Below, one piece after another: positions 30,754 through 37,087 of a stretch of DNA of 37,087 nucleotides (positions within the stretch are counted from its first letter, which is position 1; each line of letters starts with the position of its first letter). The stretch is from Naegleria gruberi (lineage: Eukaryota), in the NCBI GenBank assembly GCA_000004985.1, contig GG739025.1. One strand, 5' to 3'. Both the position numbers and the translations under genes were made by a program. The notes beneath the pieces were generated by a model that was not told the origin of the DNA, did not search any database, and saw nothing but the letters and a program-made list of their open reading frames with translations.

Positions 30754-33700
30754 NNNNNNNNNNNNNNNNNNNNNNNNNNNNNNNNNNNNNNNNNNNNNNN
30801 NNNNNNNNNNNNNNNNNNNNNNNNNNNNNNNNNNNNNNNNNNNNNNNNNNNNNNNNNNNNNNNNNNNNNNNNNNNNNNNNNNNNNNNNNNNNNNNNNNNN
30901 NNNNNNNNNNNNNNNNNNNNNNNNNNNNNNNNNNNNNNNNNNNNNNNNNNNNNNNNNNNNNNNNNNNNNNNNNNNNNNNNNNNNNNNNNNNNNNNNNNNN
31001 NNNNNNNNNNNNNNNNNNNNNNNNNNNNNNNNNNNNNNNNNNNNNNNNNNNNNNNNNNNNNNNNNNNNNNNNNNNNNNNNNNNNNNNNNNNNNNNNNNNN
31101 NNNNNNNNNNNNNNNNNNNNNNNNNNNNNNNNNNNNNNNNNNNNNNNNNNNNNNNNNNNNNNNNNNNNNNNNNNNNNNNNNNNNNNNNNNNNNNNNNNNN
31201 NNNNNNNNNNNNNNNNNNNNNNNNNNNNNNNNNNNNNNNNNNNNNNNNNNNNNNNNNNNNNNNNNNNNNNNNNNNNNNNNNNNNNNNNNNNNNNNNNNNN
31301 NNNNNNNNNNNNNNNNNNNNNNNNNNNNNNNNNNNNNNNNNNNNNNNNNNNNNNNNNNNNNNNNNNNNNNNNNNNNNNNNNNNNNNNNNNNNNNNNNNNN
31401 NNNNNNNNNNNNNNNNNNNNNNNNNNNNNNNNNNNNNNNNNNNNNNNNNNNNNNNNNNNNNNNNNNNNNNNNNNNNNNNNNNNNNNNNNNNNNNNNNNNN
31501 NNNNNNNNNNNNNNNNNNNNNNNNNNNNNNNNNNNNNNNNNNNNNNNNNNNNNNNNNNNNNNNNNNNNNNNNNNNNNNNNNNNNNNNNNNNNNNNNNNNN
31601 NNNNNNNNNNNNNNNNNNNNNNNNNNNNNNNNNNNNNNNNNNNNNNNNNNNNNNNNNNNNNNNNNNNNNNNNNNNNNNNNNNNNNNNNNNNNNNNNNNNN
31701 NNNNNNNNNNNNNNNNNNNNNNNNNNNNNNNNNNNNNNNNNNNNNNNNNNNNNNNNNNNNNNNNNNNNNNNNNNNNNNNNNNNNNNNNNNNNNNNNNNNN
31801 NNNNNNNNNNNNNNNNNNNNNNNNNNNNNNNNNNNNNNNNNNNNNNNNNNNNNNNNNNNNNNNNNNNNNNNNNNNNNNNNNNNNNNNNNNNNNNNNNNNN
31901 NNNNNNNNNNNNNNNNNNNNNNNNNNNNNNNNNNNNNNNNNNNNNNNNNNNNNNNNNNNNNNNNNNNNNNNNNNNNNNNNNNNNNNNNNNNNNNNNNNNN
32001 NNNNNNNNNNNNNNNNNNNNNNNNNNNNNNNNNNNNNNNNNNNNNNNNNNNNNNNNNNNNNNNNNNNNNNNNNNNNNNNNNNNNNNNNNNNNNNNNNNNN
32101 NNNNNNNNNNNNNNNNNNNNNNNNNNNNNNNNNNNNNNNNNNNNNNNNNNNNNNNNNNNNNNNNNNNNNNNNNNNNNNNNNNNNNNNNNNNNNNNNNNNN
32201 NNNNNNNNNNNNNNNNNNNNNNNNNNNNNNNNNNNNNNNNNNNNNNNNNNNNNNNNNNNNNNNNNNNNNNNNNNNNNNNNNNNNNNNNNNNNNNNNNNNN
32301 NNNNNNNNNNNNNNNNNNNNNNNNNNNNNNNNNNNNNNNNNNNNNNNNNNNNNNNNNNNNNNNNNNNNNNNNNNNNNNNNNNNNNNNNNNNNNNNNNNNN
32401 NNNNNNNNNNNNNNNNNNNNNNNNNNNNNNNNNNNNNNNNNNNNNNNNNNNNNNNNNNNNNNNNNNNNNNNNNNNNNNNNNNNNNNNNNNNNNNNNNNNN
32501 NNNNNNNNNNNNNNNNNNNNNNNNNNNNNNNNNNNNNNNNNNNNNNNNNNNNNNNNNNNNNNNNNNNNNNNNNNNNNNNNNNNNNNNNNNNNNNNNNNNN
32601 NNNNNNNNNNNNNNNNNNNNNNNNNNNNNNNNNNNNNNNNNNNNNNNNNNNNNNNNNNNNNNNNNNNNNNNNNNNNNNNNNNNNNNNNNNNNNNNNNNNN
32701 NNNNNNNNNNNNNNNNNNNNNNNNNNNNNNNNNNNNNNNNNNNNNNNNNNNNNNNNNNNNNNNNNNNNNNNNNNNNNNNNNNNNNNNNNNNNNNNNNNNN
32801 NNNNNNNNNNNNNNNNNNNNNNNNNNNNNNNNNNNNNNNNNNNNNNNNNNNNNNNNNNNNNNNNNNNNNNNNNNNNNNNNNNNNNNNNNNNNNNNNNNNN
32901 NNNNNNNNNNNNNNNNNNNNNNNNNNNNNNNNNNNNNNNNNNNNNNNNNNNNNNNNNNNNNNNNNNNNNNNNNNNNNNNNNNNNNNNNNNNNNNNNNNNN
33001 NNNNNNNNNNNNNNNNNNNNNNNNNNNNNNNNNNNNNNNNNNNNNNNNNNNNNNNNNNNNNNNNNNNNNNNNNNNNNNNNNNNNNNNNNNNNNNNNNNNN
33101 NNNNNNNNNNNNNNNNNNNNNNNNNNNNNNNNNNNNNNNNNNNNNNNNNNNNNNNNNNNNNNNNNNNNNNNNNNNNNNNNNNNNNNNNNNNNNNNNNNNN
33201 NNNNNNNNNNNNNNNNNNNNNNNNNNNNNNNNNNNNNNNNNNNNNNNNNNNNNNNNNNNNNNNNNNNNNNNNNNNNNNNNNNNNNNNNNNNNNNNNNNNN
33301 NNNNNNNNNNNNNNNNNNNNNNNNNNNNNNNNNNNNNNNNNNNNNNNNNNNNNNNNNNNNNNNNNNNNNNNNNNNNNNNNNNNNNNNNNNNNNNNNNNNN
33401 NNNNNNNNNNNNNNNNNNNNNNNNNNNNNNNNNNNNNNNNNNNNNNNNNNNNNNNNNNNNNNNNNNNNNNNNNNNNNNNNNNNNNNNNNNNNNNNNNNNN
33501 NNNNNNNNNNNNNNNNNNNNNNNNNNNNNNNNNNNNNNNNNNNNNNNNNNNNNNNNNNNNNNNNNNNNNNNNNNNNNNNNNNNNNNNNNNNNNNNNNNNN
33601 NNNNNNNNNNNNNNNNNNNNNNNNNNNNNNNNNNNNNNNNNNNNNNNNNNNNNNNNNNNNNNNNNNNNNNNNNNNNNNNNNNNNNNNNNNNNNNNNNNNN

Positions 33701-34202
33701 NNNNNNNNNNNNNNNNNNNNNNNNNNNNNNNNNNNNNNNNNNNNNNNNNNNNNNNNNNNNNNNNNNNNNNNNNNNNNNNNNNNNNNNNNNNNNNNNNNNN
33801 NNNNNNNNNNNNNNNNNNNNNNNNNNNNNNNNNNNNNNNNNNNNNNNNNNNNNNNNNNNNNNNNNNNNNNNNNNNNNNNNNNNNNNNNNNNNNNNNNNNN
33901 NNNNNNNNNNNNNNNNNNNNNNNNNNNNNNNNNNNNNNNNNNNNNNNNNNNNNNNNNNNNNNNNNNNNNNNNNNNNNNNNNNNNNNNNNNNNNNNNNNNN
34001 NNNNNNNNNNNNNNNNNNNNNNNNNNNNNNNNNNNNNNNNNNNNNNNNNNNNNNNNNNNNNNNNNNNNNNNNNNNNNNNNNNNNNNNNNNNNNNNNNNNN
34101 NNNNNNNNNNNNNNNNNNNNNNNNNNNNNNNNNNNNNNNNNNNNNNNNNNNNNNNNNNNNNNNNNNNNNNNNNNNNNNNNNNNNNNNNNNNNNNNNNNNN
34201 NN
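30754..34202. other. Assembly gap (3,449 N)
   Basis: Run of n. It hides the 3' part of the NTPase-like gene. Confidence 0.99.
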
Positions 34203-36209
34203 ACTTTTCGCTTTCTTCAGTATTAATAAATGCATAAAATATTCAAATACAATTCCCTTCTGTTGTTTCTTGATATTCTTTCTGAGATGATTCCACAATT
34301 GACCTCTATAATTCTTAAACATCGTTTGATAATATACTGAAAAGGAAATTGGGTCAACAATATCAAAGTGAAGCTCCTTTTTACCAACCTGAACCACATG
34401 TGCAAAGGCTGTCTCGATGAATGCCTTTCCAACAATGTTGTTTAAAAGTGAATCTTGAGGCACAATGTATTTTTCTCCAAACAACAAATTGAAAATAGTT
34501 TCTTTGATTTCCTCCCTTGTTTCTTCATTAGAAAATATTCTATCCAATCGTTTCCTTGAGCTATCTTCCTTGTTACTAATAATTGTTGATAAGCAATTTC
34601 TGATGGATTGGCTTAAAGTTGTTTTTTCAGATTTTAAATCATTTAAAAGAAGTCTGTGGAATGATGTTAAATGCTCAGGGGATCCTGAAAGTAAATAACA
34701 CAGAGAATCCAAATGTGGAAAAGGTTGACTGGTATTAAAATTGAATTTCTCTTTGAGCACAATTTTTACGTCGTGGCAACACCACGGATACATTTCACCA
34801 ACAATTTGTTTGGTAAACCTTCCTTCTTCCGAAGTGAGGATTGCTGAAATCTGAAACGTCGTCCCAAGGAACACAGGATTATTGAACCTGGAGATTACTT
34901 TGAAGACAGCGTGGAAAAGATTTCCTTTTTCTGAATTGCTCATATGAACAGTACCCACTCCATGTGATGTTAAATTATTTGCCTCGTCAAAGGCGAAAAC
35001 TACCTTAAACTTTTGACTCTCAAACCATTTACTGTATTCTATATTCTCATTTTCTATTATTTTTATAAAGTTTGGATTGTTTCCAATAATCTTGAGTAAA
35101 TGTTCGAATAAATCCACAACCACTCCATCTCCACCATTCCTTAGAAATCTAATAATTTGTAAATCGCCTTAACTCTTGAAAACTTACTTGAAAAACTGTA
35201 AGGGATTAAGATTTGAATAATTGTGTAACAAAAGGTCGAGTAAAATATGATTTGCCAAACAAAACAATCCAACAGCAACTTCTGCACTAACCTCAGGTAA
35301 ACTACGAACTAAAGCATCAAATAATTTAGTATTTGGATAAAGATAAATAACAAAAAATCGGTCAACATCTTCAGTGGAAGTATGAGCAAGATTAAAAATC
35401 GAAAAGGTTTTTCCACTGGTCGAAATATCAATTAAATGAAGAATGGTGAACAGCTGATCTCCCTTCCCCACTTTACAATTTCTTGAAAGAGCTTCTCTTA
35501 GATGATCACCCTTATTTTCAGGATGCCTAAATGGATCAAAATGACCTGTCCATCCAGCATAATCATTTCGTCTAAATGCTTCAAATCTATCTGGTAGAAA
35601 AACATTTTTAAAGTAGTCTTTCAAAAGTGCTTTTTGCTTACTTGATTCATCTTTAATCTTTTCAGTCCAGAGCTCCAAAGATTCCTTAAAGATTTGAAAG
35701 ATAGACCTTTTGTCATGAATAAAAGTAGCACCAATACGTTGTGAAAAATCTACTCGTTCTATTTCATAGGAACCATGTTTGTCTAATTTTCGTGCCCAAC
35801 TAATTATTCTAATAAATTCTAAATGAAAATATTGTGAGAGTCCGTAGGTAGTTACCAATTTTTCTATCACGGAATTATCCTCACTTTCTATTGCTGCATA
35901 TAACTCGTAGCCTGAAAAGCCTATTTGAAATAATACCCAAGCACTGCAATGTCTTAATTCTGGACCGTTGCATTTTCTTGAGGCACAAAAAAACGAACAC
36001 AGATCCGATGTTGACCAATTACTCATCTCTGAGGTTTTTAAGAGTAAGGTGTTAGCGTTAGCTGGTGAATTCATTTTTACTTTTTTTAAATGATGAAATG
36101 GTTCAACTTTTATAAAAACAGACTTTCGTCCATTAATTAAAACCGATAAAATATAATAAATTGTTTGTAATTGAGATACCAGGAAGAACCTCCTCTGTTC
36201 TAATGGCAT
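34203..36209 (-). CDS. Large P-loop NTPase-like (AAA+/STAND-like) protein, 5' part. Exon 1 is 36209-35188, a 39-nt intron spans 35187-35149, and exon 2 runs from 35148 down to the gap edge at 34203 and continues into the gap.
   Basis: ATG at 36209. The track gives two same-strand ORFs, 35184-36209 and the piece from 35123 downward, which 'starts' at a GTG. They are separated by gtaagttttcaagagttaaggcgatttacaaattattag, which has a perfect GTAAGT donor and an AG acceptor. Splicing joins them in frame (...LQFFK|FLRNGGDGVVVDLFEH...). The protein has a degenerate Walker A (LIDISTSGKTFS) and, about 100 aa later, a Walker B (KVVFAFDEANNL). Codon usage is AT-biased and consistent throughout. Confidence 0.65.
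35149..35187 (-). other. Predicted 39-nt spliceosomal intron (GTAAGT...TTATTAG)
   Basis: Consensus donor GTAAGT follows codon TTC-AA directly. If the intron is retained, the first in-frame codon is a stop (TAA). Its removal restores a long ORF in the same frame as the downstream ORF. Confidence 0.6.
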
Positions 36210-36381
36210 AATCCTAAGCTTTTTTGTTCTATAAAGATGAAAAGGTAAAAAGGCATGGGTGGAGTTACGCCACCAACACTTCAGAGAAATGAGCTGATCG
36301 TGGTGTTTGAATTACACTACATGCCTCATCTACATTTCAATTTTACACCTCTCTTATCTTGAATTAATTTCCAATATTCAC

Positions 36382-36391
36382 TTTATTATGG
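36382..36391 (-). promoter_or_regulatory. Putative poly(A) signal (AATAAA on the minus strand) for the 36444-37087 gene
   Basis: rc of ctttattatg gives cataataaag, about 55 nt downstream of the TAA at 36444-36446. Confidence 0.35.
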
Positions 36392-36443
36392 TTTTCTATT
36401 TTTGTCAACTGGTGAAATGGAGGTTTCAAACACTGAAGCTCAC

Positions 36444-37087
36444 TTAAATTTTCTTTGCAACAAAGAGTGCCCAATCAGCTCTTGGTTTAAGAGTCTTTCC
36501 ATCTTCTAATAGCTCTGTAGACATATGTCCAGCAAACATTTCAGTGTCATAAATTGTTCCGTTATCATCGACAACAATTGGAACACTGACATACCCTCTT
36601 GGAATAACATCTTGATCAATAATAGGCCATTCCATTGTGGTTGTTTCCCCCCAAATATTCACAGATTTTTGATCTCCCACCCAATGACCTTTATCTGAGA
36701 ATACGCAAAATGAAGTTATCCAACCAGACAAATAGGAAGGACCTGATCCACCACCACAATGATGGGCAACTCTATTCCACCATTCCTTATCAGGATTTCC
36801 TTTAATAGATTCCACAAATTTGTCCAAAACTGGGAATAATAGTTTGGACCATTTTTTCATACAGTTTTCCTTTGTATCAAATTCCAATAATCTATTTGCT
36901 CTTTCTCTAATTGAAACCCAATCCTCAACTTCGCCCAATAATGTTACATTTGGTAAATTGCAACACAAACTAAACATGTAATCAAAATAATTTTTCATAG
37001 CAGCCATTAATACAACTGCACCAATCATTCGATCTGTTTCGGTAGTTGTTGTAAAATCTGGCATTATCCATTCTCTTACACTTGGAT
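36444..37087 (-). CDS. Hypothetical conserved protein, C-terminal 213 codons. The 5' end lies outside the window.
   Basis: The minus-strand ORF stays open to the window edge: the in-frame codons upstream of the Met at 37064 read PSVREWI with no stop. The translation has a balanced composition with motifs such as [21 protein letters not shown] and no low-complexity stretch. It vaguely recalls DUF4419-type proteins, but that is from memory and unverified. Stop TAA is at 36444-36446. Confidence 0.55.

Noticed and set aside
34223-34698. ORFs 34223..34435 (-) and 34465..34698 (+)
   Set aside because: They are embedded in or antisense to exon 2 of the NTPase-like gene. They are short, with no domain signal.
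1-37087. Prokaryotic, phage, CRISPR or defence-island interpretation
   Set aside because: Intron-free 72-nt tRNAs with eukaryotic features, a eukaryotic-type 5S, a signal-peptide protein gene with AATAAA, a GTAAGT intron and pol III T-run terminators all point to a eukaryotic nuclear locus. There are no direct-repeat arrays or operon-like gene packing.

Overview
This is eukaryotic nuclear DNA from a draft scaffold, and only about 7 kb of the 37,087 bp is real sequence (1-1097, 27761-30753, 34203-37087). Two N runs (1098-27760 and 30754-34202) cover roughly 81% of the window, so everything inside them, including most of the two giant six-frame ORFs, cannot be interpreted. The readable parts contain six items. 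(1) A small RNA polymerase III gene cluster, all recognisable by eye: tRNA-Glu(UUC) twice (482-553 and 29230-29301, both minus, 72/72 identical), tRNA-Pro(UGG) (27843-27914, minus), and a 5S rRNA gene (28403-28522, plus) with a truncated copy of its first ~26 nt just upstream. (2) An intron-less gene for a secreted, extremely lysine- and cysteine-rich polycationic protein, present twice in inverted orientation. Copy A is 1-384, plus strand, 5' end cut by the window edge. Copy B is 29477-30448, minus strand, complete with a signal peptide. The overlapping 384 nt differ only by three synonymous changes. (3) A 59-bp conserved element predicted to form two hairpins, present twice (753-811 and 28703-28761), each about 180-200 bp from a pol III gene. 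It is a candidate small ncRNA or repeat of unknown nature. (4) A large minus-strand gene (36209 down into the gap at 34203) for a P-loop NTPase-like protein with a degenerate Walker A motif and a clear Walker B motif. It is split by a 39-nt GTAAGT...AG intron that joins two ORFs from the track in frame. (5) A partial minus-strand gene (36444-37087) for a conserved-looking hypothetical protein. (6) Polyadenylation-like AATAAA signals in AT-rich intergenic DNA. The tRNAs look metazoan and the first half of the 5S resembles invertebrate (nematode-like) 5S, judged from memory only, so the source is probably an AT-rich invertebrate genome. There is no prokaryotic operon structure, CRISPR array or obvious transposon ORF in the readable part.
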